Positions 7,515 to 16,454 of a stretch of DNA of 36,619 nt are shown piece by piece. Numbering within the stretch: the first letter of the stretch is position 1; the number at the start of each line of letters is the position of its first letter. Below the pieces are notes generated by a model. The model did no database searches and was not told the origin of the DNA. It saw only the letters and a list, made by a program, of their open reading frames with translations. Position numbers and translations under genes: made by a program. Source of the stretch: Dehalococcoidales bacterium (GTDB lineage: Bacteria; Chloroflexota; Dehalococcoidia; Dehalococcoidales; RBG-16-60-22); the NCBI GenBank assembly GCA_046760985.1, contig JBHIFE010000001.1, positions 1 through 36,619 of the forward strand. Reading direction: 5' to 3'.

Positions 7515-7898
7515 TCAGCGGATAACCTTTCGCACCCGCATCAGTAGGTCACGCATATCAAAGGGTTTTTGAATATAGTCATCAGGCTTGAGCTTCTCTA
7601 TCAAAGCTACGTCCGGCGGTTCCACCGTGACCACAATTACCGGTATGTGACGCAGCGGTTCGGTCAGTCTGAGGAGGCTCAGGATACCCCAGCCGTTGAA
7701 GTCGGGCAAGGTGAGGTCTAAAAGAATAAGGTCGACCTGCGTATCATGAATTATTCTGATGCAGTCAAAGCCACTGGCTGCTTCCACAACCCGAATGTCT
7801 CCGCCTTCCAGATTGCGCCTGATCAGTTTGCTTATCTTCTGGTCGTCATCAACGACCAGAACTGAGAGACGCTTTACACCTTGAAACTTGGCTGGCAT
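7515..7898 (-). CDS. Stand-alone CheY-like receiver domain protein
   Basis: 127 aa with VLVVDDD...LILLDLTLPDFNG...KPF receiver signature and no output domain. AAGGTGAG SD. Confidence 0.85.
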   Translation of the reverse strand: MPAKFQGVKRLSVLVVDDDQKISKLIRRNLEGGDIRVVEAASGFDCIRIIHDTQVDLILLDLTLPDFNGWGILSLLRLTEPLRHIPVIVVTVEPPDVALIEKLKPDDYIQKPFDMRDLLMRVRKVIR

Positions 7899-7952
7899 AT
7901 CTCACCTTGATTTCCTGTGGATTCTACTTGCTCGGAAATGAAAAAAACATAA

Positions 7953-7989
7953 AATATAGGGCACAAAAAGTGAAAAATTCGTGAAAAAT
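7953..7989 (-). promoter_or_regulatory. Candidate promoter with tandem direct repeat (possible OmpR-family binding site) upstream of the receiver/SPFH/respiratory unit
   Basis: Perfect 9-bp direct repeat GTGAAAAAT at 7970-7978 and 7981-7989 (11-bp period). On the minus strand a TATATT -10-like hexamer lies at 7958-7953, so the proximal repeat overlaps the -35 position. The site is immediately downstream of the terminator of the regulator gene. Confidence 0.3.
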
Positions 7990-8006
7990 CTCAGGCAAAC
8001 GGGCAA

Positions 8007-8037
8007 ATAAAAAGCGCCTCCTTACTAATGGAGGCAC
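8007..8037 (-). terminator. Rho-independent terminator after the OmpR-type regulator gene
   Basis: The minus strand reads GUGCCUCC-AUUAGUAA-GGAGGCGC followed by UUUUUAUUU: an 8-bp stem whose 5'-most pair is a G-C or G-U wobble, then a U-run, starting 27 nt after the stop codon. Confidence 0.5.
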
Positions 8038-8063
8038 CTTTCTAAAAGGCGGCTGGCGGAACT

Positions 8064-8762
8064 CTACGCTGGGGAGACAAACATGTAGCCAATGCCGGGT
8101 TTGGAAAGGATATATTTGGGCTGGTGTGGATTTTCCTCTATCTTTTGTCGCAGATGGCGAATATAAGCTCTGAGGTACTCCAGCTCATCCTGATATTCGG
8201 CTCCCCACACTCTGGTCAGCAGCTCATGATGCAGCATCACCCGCCCGGCATTGCTCACCAGCTGGCACAAGAGCTTATACTCGGTGAGCGTCAATGCTAC
8301 CTCCTGCCCCTGCACCGTCACTCTACGTTGTGCGAAATCAACGCAAACATCGCCACAGGTGAAGGTAGGAGGCACTTTGGCTTCTTCCGAGGACCCGGTG
8401 CGCCGTAGCACTGCTTCTATCCTGGCGAGCAGCTCCTGAACGCTAAACGGCTTGGTCAGGTAGTCGTCAGCGCCTAATTTCAGCCCCCTCACCTTGTCAG
8501 TATCTTCTACTTTGGCGGTGAGCATGATGATTGGTGTAGCTGAGAACTCTCTGATTCGCTGACAGAGCTCATATCCGTCTATCTCCGGCAACATGATATC
8601 CAAGATAATCATGTCCGGCATCTCTATTTCGGCAAGCTTAAGGGCGGAACAAGCGTCCATGGCTATCAAAACCCGGTAGCCCACCGATTCCAGGTTGGCG
8701 CGCACCAACCTGATTAGCTGAGGGTCATCATCAACCAATAGAACCGAGGTTTTTTCCCCCAT
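8064..8762 (-). CDS. OmpR/PhoB-family response regulator (receiver + winged-helix DNA-binding domain)
   Basis: VLLVDDD...MIILDIMLPEIDG...KPF receiver plus LTLTEYKLLCQL...YLRAYIRHLRQKIE...GIGYMF winged-helix output. It lies 22 nt downstream of the kinase gene. Confidence 0.9.
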   Translation of the reverse strand: MGEKTSVLLVDDDPQLIRLVRANLESVGYRVLIAMDACSALKLAEIEMPDMIILDIMLPEIDGYELCQRIREFSATPIIMLTAKVEDTDKVRGLKLGADDYLTKPFSVQELLARIEAVLRRTGSSEEAKVPPTFTCGDVCVDFAQRRVTVQGQEVALTLTEYKLLCQLVSNAGRVMLHHELLTRVWGAEYQDELEYLRAYIRHLRQKIEENPHQPKYILSKPGIGYMFVSPA

Positions 8763-8784
8763 CTAATGCCTTCCCTTCTGATTT

Positions 8785-11133
8785 TTATTCGCTGTCTTCG
8801 ACTTTGTCCAAGGGCAAGCTAAAACAAAATTTGCTTCCCTTACCGACGGTACTTTCCAGCCAGACTTCGCCACCATGAGCCTCAACGTGACCTTTGGCAA
8901 TGGAGAGTCCGAGTCCGCTACCGGGGGTGCTATGGGTTACCCAGCTATCGACCCGGTAGAATCGCTCGAAAACCTTATCTTGGTGTTCTGGGGGGATGCC
9001 TATCCCCTGATCACTGACACTGACCACGACTTTACCATCTCTGGTCTCACCAGCTATGGTAACCTCACCACCCTCTGGCGAGTATTTTACCGCGTTTTCT
9101 GTCAGGTTGCGCAATACCTGTTCCATACACCGAACATCAGCCTCAATCACAGGGAAAGAAGGCGAAAATTGCAGGGTGAACTTATGATTCTTGGCTCGTG
9201 GGGCAATCTCATCCACAACCTTCTGGGCAAGTCGGGGGATCAGTACCGGCTCCTTTTCCAGTTTGAGGGCTCCGGCTTCTAGTTTGGCTGATTGCAGGAG
9301 CTTGTCAATCAGGTCGCGCAGTTCATCAGTCTTCTCATTGATAATCTGGAGGAACTCTCGCTGGGTTTCCTCTTCCCAAGAGGCATCTTGACGAAGCAAT
9401 GAGGTGGAATAGCCCTTGATGAGAGTAAGCGGGGTCCGTAGCTCATGGGAGACTGAGGAAATAATCTGAGACCTTAATCGGTCCGCCTCATGCAGAGCTC
9501 TTGCCTCCTCCGCCTCATTGGTCAGCTGGTCCCTTTCAATGGCTATGGCGATATAATCGGCTATAGCCTGGACAAGACGACGATCCGACTCAGAGAAGGC
9601 TTGAGTATCCCGAAAGCTTATCATAACAAGGCTTCCAATATGCCGGCCCTGATGGCATACCTGACCACAAATATGGCTCTGCGCTTTCGGGCGTAAAGCA
9701 TCAGACTGAAGAAACGCAGTAACTGCCGCTTTGACCCTATCTTGGCTATCATCATCTGTCGGCTCCGAAATCGAGCCTGATGAAAGCTCATTACCGCTAA
9801 ATATAAACTGAGAATGAGTTCCTTTGTCCAGCCCAACCGCAGACTGCACCACTAGACCACTTTGGTCGGCACCTTGGAGAAGCAACGCTCCACCATCTGC
9901 CCCAGAGATAATCTCCACCGCTTTAACCACCACCGCATCTAGAAGACGGGATAAATCAAGAGTGGAGGTTAGAATCTCCGACACCGAGAGTAGCGAAGAG
10001 AGCTCTTTCGTCCTTTGCTCTAGCTCACCATAAGAGGTCTTCAGTTTGGTCCGCATGTCGTCAAAAGTCTGGGCTAGTATGCCGACTTCGTCTTTACCTA
10101 AGGTGGTAACCGGGCTGCTTAAGTCCCCTTCGGCTATCCTTTGGGAAGCGGTGGTAAGCATCCTAATACGGCTGCCGATATCTCGTGTGGTTACTGCCAC
10201 AAACAGGAGACTAACAACGACCAATCCTACTCCGAAGAGAAGCAGATTTTGATACAATTCACGAGTGGGGGCGAGTGCTTCTTCCTCTGACTGCCGGATG
10301 ACAACACCCCAGTTGGCCTTGGAGAGGGGAACGAAGGCCAGCACATCCTTCCTGTCCACCTTTTGCCCTGGTTCATGACAGGTATGACACACCCCGCGGG
10401 TCGGCTCTCCAGCACTAATCAGCCTGGCAAAGCGACCACTATGGTCGCTTTTCTCAAAAGGAGCCAGCTTAGGCCCAGGCTCAGTTCTGGCGACGACAAT
10501 CCCGTTCTGGTCTACAATCTCGACATAGCCTGTCTCTCCCAGTCTTATGGGGCGGACGAAGCCGCCGATACTCGATTGAGCTAGGTCAATAGCCACCACG
10601 AGCACACTTTTGCTCCCTTGTTGTCCCTGTTTAGTGAGACTAGTAAGAAAAACCACCGGGGTATCAGTCACCGGCAATGAAGTAAGCCCAGAGATACTGG
10701 GCTCACCACTACTTATAGCTTGGCTGATGCTAGGATAGGAGGAAATATCAATATCTGCTATCCCCAAATCCTCTGGCTCACTCCATATAACCTGCCCTCT
10801 TTCATTGAGGAGATAGATGCTATGAGTATAAATGGACAACCGGGAATAGGTGTCCTCAAGTTCTTCTATCTGTGGTTCAAAGTTATCCTTTGCCCCGTCA
10901 CTTTCTATCATCTGGGCAGTGTTTTTCAGCTCAACGAGAGCACGCCCCAGCGCTTCGTCCAGGTAGTCGGCTACCAGGCGGGCAGTAGTCAGCCGGTCTT
11001 GAAGCATGGTTTCGGTAGCCTTGTTCACCGCTCCCATGCCCAAAGAGCTAAATACTCCAATGCCCAGTAGCAGCCCTAGCGTAGTCAGGAGAGTAATCTT
11101 TTTCCCCAGAGTTAGGTTTGTCAGTAATTTCAC
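8785..11133 (-). CDS. Sensor histidine kinase: TM, Cache-like extracytoplasmic domain with CxxCH, TM, HAMP, GAF, HisKA, HATPase
   Basis: TM helices at about aa 14-35 and 297-314. The intervening region has Cache-like YLLNERGQVIW and GYVEIVDQNGIVV strands and CHTCH at aa 249-253. H-box SHELRTPL, N-box NLTENAVKYS, G-boxes DQGIGI and GSGLGLSI. GTG start. Confidence 0.9.
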   Translation of the reverse strand: MKLLTNLTLGKKITLLTTLGLLLGIGVFSSLGMGAVNKATETMLQDRLTTARLVADYLDEALGRALVELKNTAQMIESDGAKDNFEPQIEELEDTYSRLSIYTHSIYLLNERGQVIWSEPEDLGIADIDISSYPSISQAISSGEPSISGLTSLPVTDTPVVFLTSLTKQGQQGSKSVLVVAIDLAQSSIGGFVRPIRLGETGYVEIVDQNGIVVARTEPGPKLAPFEKSDHSGRFARLISAGEPTRGVCHTCHEPGQKVDRKDVLAFVPLSKANWGVVIRQSEEEALAPTRELYQNLLLFGVGLVVVSLLFVAVTTRDIGSRIRMLTTASQRIAEGDLSSPVTTLGKDEVGILAQTFDDMRTKLKTSYGELEQRTKELSSLLSVSEILTSTLDLSRLLDAVVVKAVEIISGADGGALLLQGADQSGLVVQSAVGLDKGTHSQFIFSGNELSSGSISEPTDDDSQDRVKAAVTAFLQSDALRPKAQSHICGQVCHQGRHIGSLVMISFRDTQAFSESDRRLVQAIADYIAIAIERDQLTNEAEEARALHEADRLRSQIISSVSHELRTPLTLIKGYSTSLLRQDASWEEETQREFLQIINEKTDELRDLIDKLLQSAKLEAGALKLEKEPVLIPRLAQKVVDEIAPRAKNHKFTLQFSPSFPVIEADVRCMEQVLRNLTENAVKYSPEGGEVTIAGETRDGKVVVSVSDQGIGIPPEHQDKVFERFYRVDSWVTHSTPGSGLGLSIAKGHVEAHGGEVWLESTVGKGSKFCFSLPLDKVEDSE

Positions 11134-11390
11134 CGTTCACGCCTCATTACGGGAAACATCCTTGCCAGGACGCTTACTCAGATTCGGTATTTACTATTAG
11201 ATGCCGGATCGTGAAGTATCGCATACCTGATTATCTAGAGCTTATAGTAAAATTATACATCATTAAACCCTCGGTGTTCCATCTTGGGGCAGTAACCTCC
11301 GATACTGGACAATTCATCAAATAATCTGAAGTAAACTCCAAACAGACAATTCAAGAGCAGCTTATAGTCCTTCGCTTATTTTCTCGAGTT

Positions 11391-11421
11391 GGCCTCCTAG
11401 TCGTGGAGGTCTTTTCTTTTT
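11391..11421 (+). terminator. Orphan terminator-like hairpin on the plus strand in a 725-bp non-coding gap
   Basis: GGCCUCC-UAGUCGU-GGAGGUC (7-bp stem including one G-U) followed by UUUUCUUUUU. No convincing plus-strand gene lies upstream. Confidence 0.3.
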
Positions 11422-11858
11422 GTCAGGCTTTTGAGCATGCCAGAGAGTATGAAGGATGCAATTGCTTCCTCTAATTTTACAAAATAGGCTTTTGTGCAAT
11501 AGTGAAACTGACAAACACAAAAGCACCTTAACAACCGAATACACACAAAGCCCAAGCTGAACGCTTGCCCCAGTCTCTGGGCAAATAAAATACCCTAGAC
11601 TAGCTGACACTAGCCAGGGCAAGTCTAACAAAGCGGAGTGACCACAATGCTAGACTGGGGAAAGTATATTACTGTTTCTTTTATCGTTTCACCTGTTGTC
11701 GGGTTTATTGCTTTAATCACCATGTTTTTTGCTCCCCATCTAGTGTGATTTTCACCTAGGTCATCAGCAGTAACCGGCTCATTAACTATTTCCGCTAAAG
11801 CATTCTCTTTGAACTAGATGTCGCCAGAGCAACTTCTTCTATTCTCTCTAGGATAGTA

Positions 11859-13859
11859 TCACTCACTTTGAAGGTCAGGAACAATGCTTTCGTAATAATC
11901 CAATGACTTCGGATTAACTAGAGCATCCCTATTTACGACTACCCTACCATGTATTATGTTCGTGACCGCGATTTCCACTTTCTTCATGTTGAGCGTATAA
12001 GGGATGTCCGACACTTCAATAATTCTAGCCGGAACATGCCGCGGAGAGGCATTTTCACGAAGGGTTTTTCTAATTTTATTCTGCAAATCGTCTGTTAAGT
12101 TGTATCCCGTAGCGAGTTTAACAAAGAGGATAATACGCTGGTCGCCTTTCCACTCCTGTCCAATAGCCAGGCTATCGGCAACCTCCTCTAGCTTCTCTAC
12201 TTGGTTATATATTTCAGCGGTGCCAATGCGAACTCCTGAGGGTTTTAAGACAGCGTCAGAGCGACCAAAAAAGGTTATTCCCCTAGTATCACTATGAATC
12301 ATGATGTAATCTCCGTGACGCCATACCCTCGGGTAAATACTAAAGTAAGCCTCTTTATATCTCTCGCCATTCGGATCATTCCAGAAATAAAGTGGCATGG
12401 AGGGGGCAGGAGCTTCACAGACAAGCTCTCCCATTTGGTCAAGTACTGGGCTACCTTTTTCATCATAACAATTCACCTTCATTCCCAAAGCTGCCCTCTG
12501 TAATTCACCAGCATACACAGCGAGAGTAGGACTCCCGATAGCAAAACAGCCATTGATATCTGTGCCGCCAGAAATAGAATTAAAGTGTAGGTCTGCTTTA
12601 ATGGCTTTATATATGTATTCAAAACCCTCAGCCGAAAGAACTGAACCGGTTTGGGATATTTCCCGCAGTGATGACAAATCATAATCCTTTCCAGGCTCAA
12701 GCCCCTCAGTTCTAAGATAGTTGATGTAACTGGCACTGGTACCGAAAATTGTTATCTTCTCATCCTGTATCAGTTTCCACATGGCACCCGGATCAGGATA
12801 ATTGGGGTTACCATCATATAATACTATGGTAGCTCCTATGGCTAAGGAACTAAGCAGCCAGTTCCACATCATCCAACTGCAAGTGGTTATGTAGAAGATT
12901 GTATCCTCTCGCTTTAAGTCGGTATGAAGTATCAACTCCTTTAAATGATTGATGAGGACTCCGCCAGCTCCCTGAACCATGCACTTTGGCTTACCAGTTG
13001 TTCCTGAGGAAAACATGATAAATAGAGGGTGATCAGAAGGTAACTGCTCAAATTGAATTTCAGGTTGCTCTTCCCCAGCTATGAATTGATCATAATACAC
13101 AGAGTTAGGAATATGACTGATATCAGTTTTTTCTCCCGTATAACGAACCACGATAACTTTTTCCAAAGAGGGTATTCCCCTGACAATCTCGCCAGCGTTA
13201 GCTAAGGAATTAAAGGTCTTCCCCTTATAAAAATAGCCATCGGCCGTGAATAGAACCTTTGGTTTAATTTGACCAAGACGCTCCAGAGTTGCCTGCGCAC
13301 CGAGATCAGTAGCACAAGAAGACCATACCGCGCCAATACTGGTAGTAGCCAGCATAGCAGTAGCGGTCTCTATTAAATTAGGCATATAAGCCACTACCCT
13401 GTCTCCAGGCTTAACCCCTACATTGCGCAGAGATTTGGCAAGACGAGCCACGGAATCATAAAGTTCGGCATAGCTCATCCTGGCAGATTTCTGAGTTTCT
13501 CCTTTGAATATGAAAGCGAGATGGTCGTCTCTGTATCTCAACAGGTTCTCAGCAAAATTCAATCTGGCACCACCAAACCACTTAGCACCGGGAAACTTAC
13601 TTAAGTCGTCAACCACCTCGTCATACTGGCGAGAGGCTTTGATTGGGGCAAATTCCCACATAGCCGCCCAAAAGTCAGGTATCTTCTCAACTGACCAGTC
13701 ATATAGCTCATCATACGAGTCAATCGTAAGACCATATTTTTCATTGACAAAGCTAGTGAACCAGGTCAGGTTAGCTTGTTTCTTAATTTCCTCGGAGGGC
13801 TCCCAAATGGGCACCTTCACAGCACTCACTCCTTTAGCGTTTGGCTTTAACTCACTCAA
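11859..13859 (-). CDS. aacS: Acetoacetate-CoA ligase (acetoacetyl-CoA synthetase)
   Basis: 666 aa. The N-terminus IWEPSEE...YDELYDWSVEKIPDFWAAMWEF is characteristic of AacS. The AMP-binding motif is MFSSGTTGKPK. It lies 8 nt downstream of the BKACE gene. Confidence 0.85.
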   Translation of the reverse strand: MSELKPNAKGVSAVKVPIWEPSEEIKKQANLTWFTSFVNEKYGLTIDSYDELYDWSVEKIPDFWAAMWEFAPIKASRQYDEVVDDLSKFPGAKWFGGARLNFAENLLRYRDDHLAFIFKGETQKSARMSYAELYDSVARLAKSLRNVGVKPGDRVVAYMPNLIETATAMLATTSIGAVWSSCATDLGAQATLERLGQIKPKVLFTADGYFYKGKTFNSLANAGEIVRGIPSLEKVIVVRYTGEKTDISHIPNSVYYDQFIAGEEQPEIQFEQLPSDHPLFIMFSSGTTGKPKCMVQGAGGVLINHLKELILHTDLKREDTIFYITTCSWMMWNWLLSSLAIGATIVLYDGNPNYPDPGAMWKLIQDEKITIFGTSASYINYLRTEGLEPGKDYDLSSLREISQTGSVLSAEGFEYIYKAIKADLHFNSISGGTDINGCFAIGSPTLAVYAGELQRAALGMKVNCYDEKGSPVLDQMGELVCEAPAPSMPLYFWNDPNGERYKEAYFSIYPRVWRHGDYIMIHSDTRGITFFGRSDAVLKPSGVRIGTAEIYNQVEKLEEVADSLAIGQEWKGDQRIILFVKLATGYNLTDDLQNKIRKTLRENASPRHVPARIIEVSDIPYTLNMKKVEIAVTNIIHGRVVVNRDALVNPKSLDYYESIVPDLQSE

Positions 13860-13867
13860 GCCTACCT

Positions 13868-14791
13868 TTAGAAGTTTACTTTATCTAATCCTTTAAGACC
13901 TAGAATTTCTCTTGCCTCATCGGGTGTAGCTGGTTCCAAGCTTAACTCCCGAGCTATCCTCACAATCTTTTCTACCTGTTCAGCATTACTCTTAGCTTTG
14001 ACTCCCTTACCAACGTAAAGGCTATCCTCCATACCAACTCGGGCATTACCACCCATAATCAGTGACATGGTGCACATTGGCATCTGAGTCCGACCAGCGG
14101 CACAAACTGACCAAACAAAGTCGCCGATTGCTTCACGAGCAGTATTATAAAGGAATACCAGATTACTTGCTGACGGTTGAATGGATCCTAGAATGCCTAG
14201 GACAAATTGAAGATAAACAGGTTTTTTAATAGGATGCCCCTTCTCGAGCATGTAGGCTAGGTTATAAATCATGCCGGTATCGTATATTTCTATTTCCGGC
14301 TTTGTCCCATTTTCGGCAAAAGTTTTCAAATACTGCTCCAGTGACTTAAATGTATTAGGAAAGATAAGGTCTTTTGTCATCTCTAAATATTTCGGTTCCC
14401 AATCATACTTAAAGGTGTCTACTATTTCCGTACCTCGGGATATATTAAAATTTATCGACCCAAAATTACATGAGGCAAGCTCGGGCTTGAGGAGAGGTAT
14501 CGGCCTGAGCCGCTCCTCGACAGTCATCCCGAGACCCCCACCTGTGGTTACGCAAATAACCATATTACATCTGCTTTTTATATTGCCAACTATTTCCCTC
14601 ATTAATTCCACATCAGAACTAGGTTGTCCCGTTTCCGGATTACGGGCATGAATATGAGCCACTGCAGCTCCAGCCTCATAAGCTCGCACTGCCTCATCGG
14701 CAATTTGCTTTGGCGTGATGGGTAAGTATGGGCTCATGCTCGGAGTATGTATGCTACCAGTTATCGCTGCTGAAATAATAGCTTTTGCCAA
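13868..14791 (-). CDS. Beta-keto acid cleavage enzyme (BKACE/DUF849 family); candidate triacetate acetoacetate-lyase
   Basis: 307 aa. IISAAITGSIHTPSMSPYLPITPKQIADEAVRAYEAGAAVAHIHARNPETG is the typical BKACE N-terminus. TTG start with AAAGGAGGTGG SD 7 nt upstream. Confidence 0.85.
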   Translation of the reverse strand: MAKAIISAAITGSIHTPSMSPYLPITPKQIADEAVRAYEAGAAVAHIHARNPETGQPSSDVELMREIVGNIKSRCNMVICVTTGGGLGMTVEERLRPIPLLKPELASCNFGSINFNISRGTEIVDTFKYDWEPKYLEMTKDLIFPNTFKSLEQYLKTFAENGTKPEIEIYDTGMIYNLAYMLEKGHPIKKPVYLQFVLGILGSIQPSASNLVFLYNTAREAIGDFVWSVCAAGRTQMPMCTMSLIMGGNARVGMEDSLYVGKGVKAKSNAEQVEKIVRIARELSLEPATPDEAREILGLKGLDKVNF

Positions 14792-14830
14792 TTCTATTCC
14801 ACCTCCTTTCTATTCTGGGGGGCAGCATGA

Positions 14831-15445
14831 TTATCCCTTTTTCCTTTCCTTGGGAGCCCCGCGGTCATCCGGAACCTCGGATACCATATATGGAGTCCCA
14901 CCCTGACAGGCACGGCAGACTTCCCCATCATCAACCGGATAGGCTTCTCTACACAGGGGACAAATGGTTAATCCACCCCGGCGCTGTTTTTTCCTGAAAG
15001 GGGGGTTAACCTTAACCCGTTGGATGCCGCAGATATTTGATCCAGCTTCTCTGATCTGTTCTATAAGGAGCTTTGAGTCCTGTTCTTTTTTAGACTTTAG
15101 CTTGAAAAACCAGCTTTTGATCTCGGACCATACTTCTACCTTGGTCGGATCCAGAAAAACCCGTATCCCTTCACCCTGGTATTTCTCATAAATGGTTAAG
15201 GCAAAACGACCCATATTGATGACTTTGAGCCATCCGTTCCCTATGGTGCACGGGGTGAGAAGCTGTATTGCGTCAGGGAGACAGACGGGGGTTTCGCATA
15301 TGGCATCAAACAGTCCGTCTTTAGGAAGGTGCTTGAACGCCAGATCTACCATAAACCCCCCTATGACCACGCCCGGGGCAGCGTATCCGTGAAAGGATTT
15401 AACCAGATTTACATATTCTTCAAACGTATAGGAACAAATATTCAT
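14831..15445 (-). CDS. FmdE-family protein with C-terminal zinc ribbon
   Basis: HGYAAPGVVIGGFMVD...LPDAIQLLTPCTIGNGWLKV resembles the FmdE domain. The C-terminal CPLCREAYPV...CRACQ is a zinc ribbon. Confidence 0.7.
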   Translation of the reverse strand: MNICSYTFEEYVNLVKSFHGYAAPGVVIGGFMVDLAFKHLPKDGLFDAICETPVCLPDAIQLLTPCTIGNGWLKVINMGRFALTIYEKYQGEGIRVFLDPTKVEVWSEIKSWFFKLKSKKEQDSKLLIEQIREAGSNICGIQRVKVNPPFRKKQRRGGLTICPLCREAYPVDDGEVCRACQGGTPYMVSEVPDDRGAPKERKKG

Positions 15446-15611
15446 AAGTCACACAGTCAAATTTTCTGATTAAGAATTAAATAAAAGCCTTAAATCAGAC
15501 CTCGTTAATTTATTATAAAATTTCCAAAATGCGAGGTTTACAAATAACCTGAAGATACCAACAGTGCCCTTTCGCTTCATCGCAAAAGGCGCGCAACACT
15601 TTTACCTAAAA

Positions 15612-16454
15612 CTATAGAAAGATTGTCCCTACATTAAGACTCGTCTTCAAGTCAACCTCAAGCGTTTTCTTTTCATAGCCCGGATAAACAATTTCGAGTG
15701 TGTACTTGCCGCTATTTTCTTCAAGGTCATCAAACTTAAAATCACCATAGTTATCGGTCACAAACTCAGCAATTTTCTCATTTGAGGCGCCGACCAAAGT
15801 TACCTTGGCGCCTTCGGCACATTCATTTTTACTATCTACCTGAACCGCAACACTACCTCCAATGAAACATTTGGTAAACCGATACAGATTCTTGTAATAT
15901 ACACGTGGCTTTGTTTTGTATTTTGGCTCATAAGCTTCCAACTTCTCAGCTTTGATGATGTCCTGCATTTCAGAATCCTCGACATAACGCATGCATAACG
16001 CTCCAGTAGGGCAAGCCTGAACACACCGGGGCTCTTTCCATCCCTCATCCAGCAGGTGGGCGCAAAAGGTGCATTTTTGCGGTACATTACTCTCTTCGTT
16101 CCACCAGATGACCCCGTAAGGGCACGAATCGACAATATTTGTCTGTCCCTTTGCCTTATCTGGGTCAATGATGACGATGCCATCGTCCCTCTTATATATG
16201 GCTCCGTCCCCTGCTGTCTTGATACAGGGGGCATCATCGCAATGCAGGCACGGGACAGGTAGATAGGCGACATCAATAATAGGATATTGTCCCCTTTCCT
16301 TCCTCATGATATTCATCCACCTATGCCCAAGCCTGGGTTGTGACACCGAGTATCCCGGCCAATCATTGTCCACATGTTCATCCTTGCAGGCAAGGAAACA
16401 GTTATTACAGTCTTCGCATTTTTCCACATCAATGATCATGTGCCATTTTTTCAT
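15612..16454 (-). CDS. Transhydroxylase-type beta subunit 1 (three [4Fe-4S] motifs + C-terminal beta-sandwich domain)
   Basis: Start moved to [27 protein letters not shown]. Its ATG overlaps the alpha-1 TGA (ATGA). Cys clusters: [28 protein letters not shown]...CVQACP. The C-terminal KVTLVG...[10 protein letters not shown]...YTLEI is carboxypeptidase-regulatory-like. The layout matches my recollection of the small subunit of Pelobacter pyrogallol-phloroglucinol transhydroxylase. Confidence 0.85.
   Translation of the reverse strand: MKKWHMIIDVEKCEDCNNCFLACKDEHVDNDWPGYSVSQPRLGHRWMNIMRKERGQYPIIDVAYLPVPCLHCDDAPCIKTAGDGAIYKRDDGIVIIDPDKAKGQTNIVDSCPYGVIWWNEESNVPQKCTFCAHLLDEGWKEPRCVQACPTGALCMRYVEDSEMQDIIKAEKLEAYEPKYKTKPRVYYKNLYRFTKCFIGGSVAVQVDSKNECAEGAKVTLVGASNEKIAEFVTDNYGDFKFDDLEENSGKYTLEIVYPGYEKKTLEVDLKTSLNVGTIFL

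Noticed and set aside
11362-11631. 89-aa minus-strand ORF in the large intergenic gap
   Set aside because: No SD, a Cys/Leu-rich low-complexity product, no recognisable motif, and its 5' end has no ATG context.
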